DNA of 64,000 bases from an uncultured Thermoleophilia bacterium (GTDB lineage: Bacteria > Actinomycetota > Thermoleophilia > UBA2241). A model generated the notes under the pieces. It ran no database searches and had not been told where the DNA came from. It saw only the letters and a list, made by a program, of their open reading frames with translations. A program made the position numbers and the translations under genes. Shown in pieces: positions 32,108 to 42,707 of the stretch (the stretch's first letter is position 1; the number at the start of each line of letters is the position of its first letter). The DNA is taken from assembly GCA_963798285.1 (NCBI GenBank), contig CAWCSR010000003.1, forward strand, positions 784,905-848,904, read 5' to 3'.

Positions 32108-32841
32108 TCAGATCCCTCCCGCGATCCGCAGCGCGCGCAGCCGCGAGCCGGTGTGGTACGCGTACAGCTGGTGCACGTCGCGCAGCGCCTCGCCGGTCGC
32201 GTCGGACGGCGCCTCCCCGCGGAGCTCCGCCAGCGGCCGCGAGAGCGCCGCGCGAGCGCCTCTATCGCCTCCGGTGTGATCGGCACGGCCTCCCCCACGC
32301 AGTCGGAGCACACGAGCCCTCCGCGGGCGGCGGAGAATCCCAAGGCGCGGCCGTCGGACCCGCAGGCCGCGCAGTGGTCCAGCACCGGCAGGTAGCCGGC
32401 CTCGTACAGGAGCTTGAGCAGCGCGCCGAGCACGAGCGGAGACTGGACGGCGCGCCCGGAGATACCGCGGTCGAGCTCGCGCAGCGTGTTGCGCAGCAGG
32501 GCGAACACGCGCTCCTCGGGCTCGTGCTCGGGGGTGAGGCCGGCGGCGGCCTCGCAGACGATCGCCGCCGCCGTCAGCGCCTCGCGGTCCTCGCGCAGAT
32601 GCGCGAACACGTCCACCAGCTGCGCCTGCGTCACCGTGTACATCGAGCGGCCCGGGTGCAGCACGAGGTCGCAGACGTTGAAGGGCTCGAGGCGGCCGCC
32701 CCAGCGAGACGTCGTCTTGCGCACGCCCTTGGCGACCGCGTCCACGCGGCCGAGCTCGCGCGTGAACAGGCGCAGGATGCGGTCGGCCTCGCCCAGCGGG
32801 CGCGAGGCGAGGACGACGGCGCGGGCCTTCTCGGCGCGCAC
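32108..32841 (-). pseudogene. recO: DNA repair protein RecO (frameshift near 32255)
   Basis: GTG at 32841, directly after the prmC stop. Sequence: VLASRPLGEADRILRLFTRELGRVDAVAKGVRK...LDHCAACGS...LVCSDC. The C-terminus continues in ORF 32108..32311. Confidence 0.85.
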
Positions 32842-32842
32842 G

Positions 32843-33745
32843 TCAGCCGCCGCCCCTGGCGCCCCGGCGGCGGCTGAAGACCACCCGGGTGATACCGGAG
32901 AGGTCGTCCCGCCGCTCTGGCGCCTCGAAGGCGCCGGCCGCGTCGATGATGGCCGCCACGTCGTCCGCCTGCCCGGCGCCGACCTCGACGGCGAGCGTGC
33001 CGCCGGGCCGCAGCAGCAGCGCGGCGCCGGGGATGAGGCGGCGGTACACGTCGAGGCCGTCGACGCCGCCGTAGAGCGCGCCCCGCGGCTCGTAGTCGCG
33101 CACGTTGGGCTCGAGCGCCACGTACTCGTCGGCGGGGATGTACGGCGGGTTGGAGACGATGAGATCGAACGGGCGCTCGCCGACATCGGCGAACAGGTCC
33201 GAGAGCACGAACTCGACGCGGCGCCCGAGGCCCAGACGGGCGCCGTTGCGCCGCGCCACGGCCAGCGCCGCCGGCTCGATGTCGGTGGCGACGACGCGCA
33301 CGAAGGGGTCCTCGGCGGCGAGCGCCAGCGCCACGCAGCCCGAGCCCGTACCCATGTCGAGCGCCAGCGGCTCGTCCTCCGGGTCGGGCCCGGCGATCGG
33401 CATCGCCGCGAGGGCCTCCAGGGCGACGTCGACGAGCGTCTCGGTCTCGGGGCGAGGGATGAGCACGTCCGGCGTCACCTCGAGGTCGATGGTGCGAAAG
33501 GCTCGCCGGCCGAGGATGTACGCCACCGGCTCGCGGGCGAGCCGCCGGCCGAGAAGCTCCTCGAAGCGCTCGGCCTCGTCCGGGCGCAGGACCCGGGACG
33601 GGTCGCGAAAGAGCTCGCCTCGGGGGACGTCGAGCGCGCTCGCCAGGAGCAGCTCGGCGTCGAGGCGCGGCGAGCGCGAACCGCTGGCGCGCAGCCGCGG
33701 CGCCGCCGCGCGGAGCGCCTCGCCCACGCTCGCCGGCCCCGGCAC
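32843..33745 (-). CDS. prmC: Peptide chain release factor N5-glutamine methyltransferase
   Basis: Intact 300-aa ORF with GTGSGCVALALA and the catalytic VSNPPYIP motif, directly downstream of prfA. Confidence 0.9.
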   Translation of the reverse strand: MPGPASVGEALRAAAPRLRASGSRSPRLDAELLLASALDVPRGELFRDPSRVLRPDEAERFEELLGRRLAREPVAYILGRRAFRTIDLEVTPDVLIPRPETETLVDVALEALAAMPIAGPDPEDEPLALDMGTGSGCVALALAAEDPFVRVVATDIEPAALAVARRNGARLGLGRRVEFVLSDLFADVGERPFDLIVSNPPYIPADEYVALEPNVRDYEPRGALYGGVDGLDVYRRLIPGAALLLRPGGTLAVEVGAGQADDVAAIIDAAGAFEAPERRDDLSGITRVVFSRRRGARGGG

Positions 33746-33747
33746 GG

Positions 33748-34832
33748 TCAGTCCCCGCCGGCCGCCGCCAGCTGCTTGCGCCGGTCCTCGGCGGCCAGCG
33801 CCTCGGTGAACTCGTCGAGGTCGCCCTCCATGACCTCGGTGAGGCGATGGCTGGTCAGCCCGATGCGGTGGTCGCTCACGCGGTTCTGCTGGAAGTTGTA
33901 GGTGCGGATCTTCTGCGAGCGGTCGCCGCTGCCGACCATGCTGCGACGGGCCGCGCCGCGCTCCTGGTCCTGCTTGGCCTGCTCGAGTTCGAAGAGCCGG
34001 GCGCGCAGGATGCGCATCGCCTTCTCCTTGTTCTGGAGCTGGCTCTTCTCGTCCTGGCAGCTGACGTTCACGCCCGTGGGCATGTGCGTGATGCGCACGG
34101 CGGAGTCTGTGGTGTTGACGCTCTGCCCGCCCGGGCCGCGGGCGCGGAAGATCTCGACGCGCAGGTCGCCGGCGTGGATGTCGACCTCGATGTCCTCGGC
34201 CTCGGGCAGCACGACCACGGTGGCGGTGGAGGTGTGGATGCGGCCGGCGGCCTCCGTGACGGGGACGCGCTGCACGCGGTGCACGCCCCCCTCGTACTTG
34301 AGCATGGAGAAGGCGCCGCGGCCCTTGACTTCGAGCGTGACCTCCTTGTAGCCGCCGTCGTCGTTCTCGTTGGCGGAGAGGATCTCGACCTCGAACCCCT
34401 TGGCCTGGGCGTAGCGCGTGTACATGCGCGCGAGCTCGGCGGCGAAGATGCAGGCCTCGTTGCCGCCGGTGCCGGCGCGGATCTCCACGATCACGTCCTT
34501 GCCGTCGTTGGGGTCCCGCGTGAGCATGCGCACGCGGATCTCCTCGCTGATCTGCTCGACGCGCCGGCGACCCTCGATGAGCTCCTCCTGGGCGAACTCC
34601 CGCATCTCCCCGTCCGAGGAGTCGTCGCCGAGCAGGGCCTCGGCGTCGGCGACCGTCCGCTCCGCCTCGCGGAACTGCTGTGTGAGCTCGTGCACGGGCT
34701 GGAGTTCGGCGTGGGCGCGCGCGGCGTCCGTGTAGCGCGCGCGGTCGCCGAGCACTTCCGGGTCGGCAGCTGCGTGGTGAGCTCGTCGTAGGAGCGTTCT
34801 ATCTCGGTGATGAGGTCGTCGATGGTCGCCAT
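33748..34832 (-). pseudogene. prfA: Peptide chain release factor 1 (frameshift near 34765)
   Basis: The N-terminus MATIDDLITEIERSYDELTTQL (ORF 34491..34832) joins ORF 33748..34755. Signatures: PVTEAAGRIHTS and the GGQ motif (RARGPGGQSVNTTDSAVRITH). Confidence 0.93.
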
Positions 34833-34841
34833 GGACCCAGC

Positions 34842-35795
34842 TTACGCCATGACCTCCACGCCCTTCACCGGCGGGCGGTCCTGCGGTTCGAGCTCGATGA
34901 TCTTCTCAAGGGCGGCGATGGCGACCTCGACCTGCGAGCTGTCGGGGTGCTTGGTGGTCATCCACTGCAAGGCCAGGCCGGGAGCCATGATGACGCGGAT
35001 GACGCGGTTGGTCTCGTGGCGGCCGGCGAAGCGGATGATCTCGTAGCTGATGCCGGCGATGAGCGGGATGAGCACGACCCGGCTCAGGATGAGCAGGTAC
35101 CACGCCGGCCGGCCCACGCCGGCGAACACGAAGATCGAGACCACCAGCACGATGAGCAGGAACGAGGTGCCGCAGCGCAGGTGCAGGGTCTTGTACTTCT
35201 CGACGTTGGCCACGGTGAGCTCGTCGCCGTGCTCGAGCGCGTGGATGCTCATGTGCTCGGCGCCGTGGTACTCGAACACGCGGCGCAGGTCCTTGATCTG
35301 GGTGACGATGGCCAGGTAGGCGAGGAAGATGCCGACGCGGATGCAGCCCTCGACGAGCCAGAACCAGAAGCCCTTGCCGAGCACACTGTCGAGCAGTCCG
35401 GTGAGGAACAGCGGCGCGATGAAGAACAGCCCGACGGCGAAGGCGAAGGCGATGACGAGCGTGACGCCGATCTCCTTCTTGCCGAGCTCCTGCTCCTCCT
35501 CGCCGAGCGACTCGTTCGCCGACATCGTGAGGGCGCGGACGCCGATGACCAGCGACTCGACCAGGGCGACGACGCCGCGCACGATCGGCAGCTTGAGGAT
35601 CGGGTAGCGCTTCATCCAGCTCACGAGCGGCCAGTGGTGCAGGCCGATGGTGTCGTCCGGACGGCGCACGGCGAGCGACCACTAGTCGACGCCGCGCATC
35701 ATGACGCCCTCGATCACGGCCTGGCCGCCGACCTGCGCGCGGCGCGCGGCCAGAGCGGGCAGGAGGAGGGCGATGAGGACGAGGCGTCGGGTCAT
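34842..35795 (-). pseudogene. DUF1385 (YqhQ-like) membrane protein interrupted by an in-frame TAG
   Basis: ATG at 35795: MTRRLVLIALLLPALAARRAQVGGQAVIEGVMMRGVD, then TAG (complement of 35682-35684), then WSLAVRRPDDTIGL... in the same frame (ORF 34842..35669). YHGAEHM and RCGTSFLL motifs are present. Confidence 0.75.
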
Positions 35796-35828
35796 GGTGG
35801 GAGCCGGGGCTGGGCCGCGTGGCCGCGT

Positions 35829-36618
35829 TCAGCGGCGCTCGGCGGCCGGCCCGTCGACGTCCTCGGGCTTGTATGGCTTGCCGCACGTCATCTTGCCCTC
35901 CGGGCAGGCGCCGTAGAGGCAGCCGGGGCCGCTGCCCTCGAAGAGGTTGGGGGCGAGCTCCTTGACCATGCCGCGCATCTGCCAGGCGAGGTCGCGGATC
36001 TCCCACTGGGCGCGGTTGCAGCAGCGCACCTGGAAGAAGTGGCGCAGCTCGCGCGCGTTCATGCTGACGACGATCTTGGTCTCGGCGGCGTTGGGCAGCA
36101 CGAAGCGGGCGTCCTCCTGGACGCTCTCGCGCTTGCGGCCCTCGGCAAGGCCGAGCTCCACGAGCTTGTCGTAGGCGACGCGCGCGTCTTCCATGGCCTG
36201 CAGGAAGATCGCCTGGGCCTCTTCGTTCGCGGAGATGCTGGGCGGCACGATGAAGCTGTCGGCCGCCCCGAAGTTCACGTAGCGCTGCGACTGCTGGTTG
36301 TAGCTGGCCACGCGGTGCCGCACGAGCTGGTGCGTGCAGGCGCGGCTCACGCCGTCGACGGCGAAGCTGAAGGTGGCGTGCTCGAGCGCCGAGTGGTGCC
36401 CGCTGCGGACGAGGATGCGCACGAGCTTGGCGACGTCCTCGTCGCGTCATGTCCTGCTTGAGGTCGGCGGCGGAAACCGGCGCATAACAGAGCCGACCCG
36501 CGATCGCGACGGCGCGATCCGGGTCGGGTGTGTGCTGAAGGAGGCTGACGCGGAGCTCGGCGCGGAGCGGTGCCCCTCCGGCGCCCCGCTCGACAGCGTG
36601 ACTACGGGGGCTGTTCAT
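35829..36618 (-). pseudogene. thyX: FAD-dependent thymidylate synthase ThyX (frameshift near 36445)
   Basis: The ThyX motif RHRVASYNQQSQRY is in ORF 35829..36422. The N-terminal 58 aa (MNSPRSHAVERG...CYAPVSAADLKQDMT) are in the frame of ORF 34906..36618. Confidence 0.88.
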
Positions 36619-36628
36619 GCCAGGCCCG

Positions 36629-36943
36629 TCAGGACTCGGTCGGCTCGGCCTCGGGTGCGGCCTGGGCGGCGACGGCCACGGGCTCCGGCTTGGGAGCCTC
36701 AGCCTTGGCGGCGACCTTGGCCTTCGGCTTCACCGGCTCGTCGGACTTCTTCTCGAGACGTTTCTTGAAGCGGTCCACACGGCCGCCCGAGTCCACGAGC
36801 TTCTGCTTGCCGGTGTAGAACGGGTGGCACTGCGAGCACAGCTCTACGTGCAGCTCCTTCTTGGTGCTGCGCGTGGTGAACGTGTTGCCGCAGCTGCAGT
36901 GCACGGTCGCCTCTTCGTACTGCGGATGGATGTCTTTCTTCAT
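36629..36943 (-). CDS. rpmE: 50S ribosomal protein L31 with a Lys/Ala/Pro-rich C-terminal extension
   Basis: ATG at 36943: [48 protein letters not shown]..., followed by an extra tail of about 35 aa ([24 protein letters not shown]...). Confidence 0.9.
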   Translation of the reverse strand: MKKDIHPQYEEATVHCSCGNTFTTRSTKKELHVELCSQCHPFYTGKQKLVDSGGRVDRFKKRLEKKSDEPVKPKAKVAAKAEAPKPEPVAVAAQAAPEAEPTES

Positions 36944-37180
36944 CTGAACGGATCCCTTCTGGGAGCAAACCCGGTGCTGACGCGAACGGCCGCGAGGGCC
37001 GAAGCGGGATGATACCATGAACCAGCGCACCGCTTCGAATCGTTCCCGGAAGCAAACATGGGCCCGGGAGCCGCGCCCGAGGGCGCGGATGCAGCGGCGC
37101 GGCATTCCTCCCTATACTCCTTGCCGACCACACCGCGGACGCGCCAGCGCGTGCGAGCGAGACTGCCCAAGGAGGACCGG

Positions 37181-38192
37181 ATGCCGGACATGCTCGCCCA
37201 CTACCTCGTCGCCGAACGGGCCGCGCAGCGGCTTGACGGCACCGGCGCCGCGCGGCTCGTCACGGGCGCCTGGGACGCGTACAAGGTGGGCGCTCAAGGC
37301 CCGGATGTGTTCTTCTACGCGAACCTCCTGCGCCGGCGCGGGCGCTCGGACATCGCCCACCTCGCGCACCGCCACCGGATGAGCGCGGCCTTCCGCAGCC
37401 TGCTGGGCCGGGCCATCGCGCTGCCGGCGGACGAGCGCCGGGTCGCCTTCGCCTTCGTGGCCGGTTACGCGGCGCACCTGTGCCTGGACGCCGAGGCGCA
37501 CCCGTGGGTGCTCTACTGGACCGGCGACATCACACGAAGGGGCCGGCGCGGAGGGCAAGGCTCAGGCGTTTCGCCGGCACTGGGTGCTCGAGGCGTCGAT
37601 CGACGTCATCCTGCGCCAGGAGCAGGGGGGCGGCCCCGACTGGTTGCGCAGACGGCGCCTCCTGCGCTTCTCCGCGCGGCAGAGGAAGATCGTCGCCGGA
37701 CAGCTGAGCGCCATGCTCCGGGACGTCTTCGACCTGACGCTCTCTCCCGAGGAGTGCCGCGCCGCCTTCCGCAACATGGACCGCGTCTACGGGACGATGT
37801 CCGATCCGTACGCCTTCCCGACCCGGCTGCTCGCCGCCGCCGCGCCGCTGATCGACCGGAGCGGGGCGCTGCGCACGCAGATCTACCCCGAGACGCCGTC
37901 GCCGGTCGCCGCGGACCTCTTCGCCACACAGCGTCGCTGGTACAACCCGTCGGTGCCGGACGAGCCCCAGACGGTGACCTTCCGCGAGATCCTGGAGGCG
38001 GCCACGGCCGAGACCGCTCGCTGCCTCGAGGCGATCGCCGCCGCGGCGAATGGCGACGGTACCATCGAAGACGCCGTGGAGGTCATCGGCGACCGCAGCA
38101 TGCTCACCGGTGTCACCTGCGACGACCCGAGGCCACGGGTCGCGTTCGCGCCCGACCTGAGCCTCATCTGGGGAGACGAGGCGCCGGCCTGA
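37181..38192 (+). pseudogene. Zinc-dependent phospholipase-C-like family protein (frameshift near 37540)
   Basis: ATG at 37181 follows AAGGAGGA. MPDMLAHYLVAERAA...GAQGPDVFFY...AAHLCLDAEAHPWV joins ...HEGAGAEGKAQAFRRHWVLEASIDVIL (ORF 37584..38192). The family call is from memory of the His-rich N-terminal pattern. Confidence 0.5.
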
Positions 38193-38210
38193 CTCGCCGG
38201 CGACCGCCGG

Positions 38211-39987
38211 CTACCGCGAGTTCTTGATCAGCGCGTTGAGGAACTCGGCGTTGTTGTTGGTCTCGCGGGTCTTCTTGATGAGCAGCTCGATGGCCGCGGC
38301 AGGATCGAGGCTGTGCAGCACCGAGCGGAGCTTCCACACGGCGGCGGCCTCGGCCGGCTCCATGAGCAGCTCCTCCTTGCGGGTGCCGGTCAGCTCGATG
38401 TCGATGGCCGGGAAGATGCGCTTGTCGGCCAGCTTGCGGTCGAGCCTGATCTCCATGTTGCCGGTGCCCTTGAACTCCTCGAAGATCACCTCGTCCATGC
38501 GCGAGCCGGTGTCGACCAGCGCCGTGGCGAGGATCGTGAGCGAGCCGCCCTCCTCGATGTTGCGGGCCGCGCCGAAGAACTTCTTGGGCGGGTACAGCGC
38601 CGTGCTGTCGACGCCGCCGGAGAGGATGCGGCCGCTGGCCGGCGTGTTGAGGTTGAAGGCGCGCGCCATGCGCGTGATGGAGTCGAGCAGGACGACGACG
38701 TCGCGGCCCATCTCGACCAGGCGCTTGACGCGGTCGAGCACCAGCTCGGTGACCTGCACGTGGTTCTCGCTCGGCTGGTCGAACGTGCTGGCCACGACGG
38801 TGCCTACGACGGAGCGCTGCATGTCGGTGACTTCCTCGGGACGCTCGTCGACGAGCAGCACGAAGAGGTCGATCTCGGGGTTGTTGATGGCGATCGAGTT
38901 GGCCAGCTTCTTGAGGATGGTCGTCTTGCCGGCCTTCGGCGGCGAGACGATGAGGCCGCGCTGGCCCTTGCCGAGGGGGCACAGCAGGTCCATGATGCGC
39001 GCCGCCGTGTCGTGCTCGTCGGTCTCGAGACGCAGGCGCTCCTCGGGGTACAGCGGCGTGAGCTTCTCGAACACGGGGCGCTGACGCGCGGCGTCCGGGT
39101 CCAGGCCGTTGATGCCGTCGATCTTGAGGAGCGCGTTGTACTTCTCGTTGTCCTTGGGCTCACGGACCTGGCCGGCGACCTCGTCGCCGCGGCGCAGGCC
39201 GAAGCGGCGGATCTGGCTGAGGCTCACGTAGACGTCGCGGTCGCCCTGGCTGAAGCCGTTGGTGCGCAGGAACCCGAAGCCGTCCGGGAGGACGTCCAGG
39301 ATGCCGGTGCACGGGATGGACGGGCGGTCGTCGCGCACCTGCTCGCCACCGCCCTGGCGCTCGCCGCCCTGGCGCTCGCCGCCCTGGCGCTGCTTGTCGC
39401 GCCCGCGGCGGTTCTTGCCCTTGCCCTGACGCTGCTGCTGGCCCTGCTGCTGGCCTGCTGGCCCTGCTGGCCGCCGCCCTGCTGCTGGCCGCCGCCCTGC
39501 TGCGGCTGCGGGCGGTCGCCGTCACCGGCGGGCTTTTCGACGGCCGGCGCCTCGGGCGCTCGGCCGGCGGCCTGCTCGGCCGGCGGCGCGCCGGCGGCGA
39601 CCGGCGGAGCGGCGTCGACGGACGCCGCGGGCGCCGCGGCGGGCTTGTCCGCCGGCGCGGCAGGCGCTGCCGGAGTCTCCGCGGGCCTGTACGCCGCGGC
39701 GGCGGAGGCCTCGGCCGGCTTCTCGGCCGGAGGCGCGGCGGCGGCCGGCTTGTCGGCCGGAGGCGCGGCGCGGCCGGCTTCTCGGCCGGAGGCGCCGGCG
39801 CGGCGGCCGCCGCGGCCTCGGCCGCTGCCGCCTTGGAGGCCTTCGTTGCCCGCGGGGCCCTCGGGGCCCTCGGCTTGGCCGCCGGCTTGTCGGCGGCCGG
39901 CGCCTTGGCTGCAGGCGCAGGAGCGACGGCGGTCTCCACGGCCGGCTCGCTCGGGATGGTGATCTGGTCTGTTTGTTCAGTGCTCAT
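38211..39987 (-). pseudogene. rho: Transcription termination factor Rho with a long low-complexity N-terminal insertion (frameshifts confined to the repeat-rich 5' third)
   Basis: The core is intact in ORF 38211..39338: [14 protein letters not shown], Walker [44 protein letters not shown]. The 5' part (ORF 39160..39987, MSTEQTDQITIPSEP...) encodes A/P/K-rich then Q/G/R-rich sequence in several frames. Confidence 0.9.
39713..39801 (-). repeat. Three tandem ~30-nt units in the rho 5' region; the middle copy is 29 nt
   Basis: ggccggcttctcggccggaggcgcggcggc (39713-39742, 30 nt); ggccggcttgtcggccggaggcgcggcgc (39743-39771, 29 nt); ggccggcttctcggccggaggcgccggcgc (39772-39801, 30 nt). They encode (A)PPAEKPA-type repeats on the minus strand. 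Confidence 0.85.
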
Positions 39988-40210
39988 GGGCTCCCGGGAC
40001 TCCTGGCATCCGGTGTGCGCCGCAGAACGCGGTCGCGGCGGGGAGATGCCGTACGAGTAAGGTGGATGTGCGATGGAAGACGGAACCCGTGCGGGCTCCA
40101 GTTGCAGAGTATGTCATACCGCGCAAGAGATTCCCAGTAACCTCGTGGCGTGAGTGTGGGACGTGGCCCGCCGCGCACGAGCAGTCCGGCGGCGGCGACC
40201 GGGGATACGC

Positions 40211-41254
40211 CTATTCTATCGGATGGTGGCGCCGGAACTGAAGGCCGGGCTCACGCCGGCGCAGGCCGGCCCCTGGGCCGGCGCCGTGCGCCGGCCTGCT
40301 TTCGGCGCCGGCCCGCCTGAGGCGCCCGTTCGTCGCCCTGCACATCGGCGCCTCCTCCTCGACGCGACGCAGGATCATGCCGAGCACCTCGCTCAGGTTG
40401 TCGTCGAGGCTCGGACCGTCGATCACCGGCACGCCGAGCGCCTGCGCCCTCCCCACCATGTACTTCTGGATGCGGCGGATCTCGGCGAAGTGCTCGAGGT
40501 ACCGGCGCAGCGGGCGGATGCCGCCCGTCTCCCACTCGCGCACGGTGAAGTTGCTGCGGTGGCGTTCCTTGTCGGAGATCGCGAGCAGGAACTCGAGCAC
40601 GATCGCCTCGCCCCAGCGCGACCGGTCCAGGTAGCCCGGCACCAGGTGCACGCCCTCGATCACCATGCGCTGGGCCTCGTCCACGCCGCGCTGGACGAGC
40701 GCCTCGATGCCGACCGAGACGGCCTTGGTCTGCTCGATGAATCCCATCTTGCTCAGGTCGGTCTCGCGCGGCACCGGCACGCGGACTGCCGAGGCGGCGT
40801 CGAACGACGAGGTGTGGATGGCCGGCATGAGCTCGGGGGCGAAGAAGGCCCGCATGGTCTGGCGCACCATGTCTGTGCCGATCAGGCGGGTGATGCCGAG
40901 GCGGTGCGCCAGCTGCGTCGCCAGGGTGCTCTTGCCCACGCCGGTGGCGCCGCCGATGAGGATGATCAGCGGCGTCTCGAGCCGGCGCAGCTTCTGCCAC
41001 TGGCGGAAGCGCTCGATGAGGACGTCGCCTTGCGCCGGCCCGAGCTGGTCGCGGGCGATCTCCTGCAGGTCGGCGAGGGTGAGGGCCGCCGGCCCGCGGC
41101 GCCGCAGGCGCCGCTCCACGGCGGCCGCGATGTTGTAGGCGCGCTCGGGCGCCAGGCCGGTCGACATGAGGGTCTGCGCCATGAGGCCCTTGCTGAACGG
41201 CGCCTGGTCGCCCTCGTCGATGAGCGGCATGTCGCGGTGTTCCGGCACGGTCAC
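40211..41254 (-). CDS. 2-phosphoglycerate kinase-like protein (start GTG 41254 or ATG 41230; the Arg-rich 3' tail may be an indel artefact)
   Basis: PLIDEGDQAPFSKGLMAQTLMSTGLAPERAYNIAAAVERRL (ATP-cone-like N-terminus). P-loop block: ILIGGATGVGKSTLATQLAHRLGITRLIGTDMVRQTMRAFF. A perfect 11-bp inverted repeat, gggccggcgcc (40275-40285) with ggcgccggccc (40304-40314), lies inside the junk-like last 35 codons. The true stop may therefore be upstream of it. Confidence 0.7.
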   Translation of the reverse strand: MTVPEHRDMPLIDEGDQAPFSKGLMAQTLMSTGLAPERAYNIAAAVERRLRRRGPAALTLADLQEIARDQLGPAQGDVLIERFRQWQKLRRLETPLIILIGGATGVGKSTLATQLAHRLGITRLIGTDMVRQTMRAFFAPELMPAIHTSSFDAASAVRVPVPRETDLSKMGFIEQTKAVSVGIEALVQRGVDEAQRMVIEGVHLVPGYLDRSRWGEAIVLEFLLAISDKERHRSNFTVREWETGGIRPLRRYLEHFAEIRRIQKYMVGRAQALGVPVIDGPSLDDNLSEVLGMILRRVEEEAPMCRATNGRLRRAGAESRPAHGAGPGAGLRRREPGLQFRRHHPIE

Positions 41255-42684
41255 TCCCCGCCGCCGGCGCCGTCGGACGCGTGCGCGGCGCGCGGCCGCG
41301 AACCGCTCGCGCGCCAGCGCCGCGAGGCGGTCGACGACGGCGCCGAGGTCGTCCTCGAGCGCCACGGGCTCGTTGTCGCAGAACACGAGCTCGCGGCCGG
41401 CGGCGGCGGCGCCCTCGGCGACGACGTCCACCGCCGCCGCCTTGATCTCGGTGAGGAAGACCTCGGCCTCGGTTGCGGCCGCGCGCCACCGCATCCGACA
41501 GCCGGCGGCGGTCGGCAAGGTCGCAGGAGACGAGCACGACCTCGGCGCCGTGCTGCTCGGCGAGCGCGGCCGCGAGCCGCGGCGCGGCCGCCTCCGGCGC
41601 CGTGGTGAAGAAGGCGACGCGGCGGCCGCGGACCGGCTCGACCGGCCGCGGCCGGAACACCGTCGGCACCACCTCGAGGCCGGGCCTGACGGCTTTGGCC
41701 GCCGCGGTCATGGCGCGCACCACTCCCCGGCCCGGCAAATGGCGGCTCGCACTGCGTGAGCACCAGCGCGTCGCTGAGCAGCAGCCGGTAGGTGCCGAGA
41801 AAGCCGGCGACGTAGTCCACCGGCTGGCCCGCTCCCGCGACGCACAGCGTCGCGTCGGCGAGGACCGGCGGCACCACGGCGCCGCTGCCCTCGATCACCG
41901 CCAGCGCGGCGGCGCGCCCGTCCAGCAGCGGCAGCGCCTCACGGACGTTGTCGTCGAACGTCATGCCGGCGAGCCCGCCCCCGCAGCGCCGGCACCCCAC
42001 TGCGGTCACGCCGGCGAGCACCGCGTCCTCGTAGCAGTCGCTGGCCGCGTGACGGCCGGCGCGGGAGGCGGCGAGCAGTTCGGCGGGGCCGAGCCCGTCG
42101 CCGCCGCGGATGAGCTCCGGCTCCGGCGGCCCGCCACGGCCCATGGCAAGCACGACGACGCCGCCGTCCGCCCGCCGGGCGGCGTCGATCCGCCGCGCCA
42201 GCCAGCCGCTCACGGCGGTCTTGCCGACGCGCTTGCCGGTGCCGATCACGGCGAGGGACGGCGTGGCCTCCAGCCGGGCGAACTCCTGCGGGCGCACCTC
42301 GGTGTCCGCGGCCACGTAGGCCGCGCCCTCGGCGAGGGCCGCGCTCATGAGGAGGAACCGTTCGCGATACCCGACGACCGGCTCGTCCGAGAGGTCGACG
42401 AGTGCTTCGGCCCGCGCCGCGCGCAGCGCGGCGCGCACGCCCTCGAGCACCTCGTGCGCGGACGTGGACCGCGGCTCGACTGCGTCCAGCCGCGGCACCC
42501 CGATCTCGGCCGCCAGCGCGGCCAGCCCCTGCGTCGCCTCGCGCCCCGCGTCGCCGGAGCCGGCGTCGCCGCGCAGCTTCTCCCGCCCGCCGGCGAAGAT
42601 GCCGGCCTCCACGGAGTAGGCGAGGCCGAGCCTCGCGACCGCCGCGGCGACCACGGGCGGGTAGTGTTCGCCGTCGACGAGCAC
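41251..42684 (-). pseudogene. cpgS: Cyclic 2,3-diphosphoglycerate synthetase-like protein (two or three frameshifts near 41770, 41520 and possibly 41290)
   Basis: A candidate GTG at 42684 gives (M)LVDGEHYPPVVAAAVARL.... P-loop: AVIGTGKRVGKTAVSGWLA (ORF 41251..42933). It continues as VVRAMTAAAKAVRPGLEVVPTVFRPRPVEPVRGRRVAFFTTAP (ORF 40251..41738), then EVFLTEIKAAAVDVVAEGAAAAGRELVFCDNEP (frame of ORF 40211..41518). The family call comes from recalled hallmarks of archaeal cDPG synthetases. Confidence 0.65.
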
Positions 42685-42707
42685 GACGGCCCGCGGCAGA
42701 CGACCGC

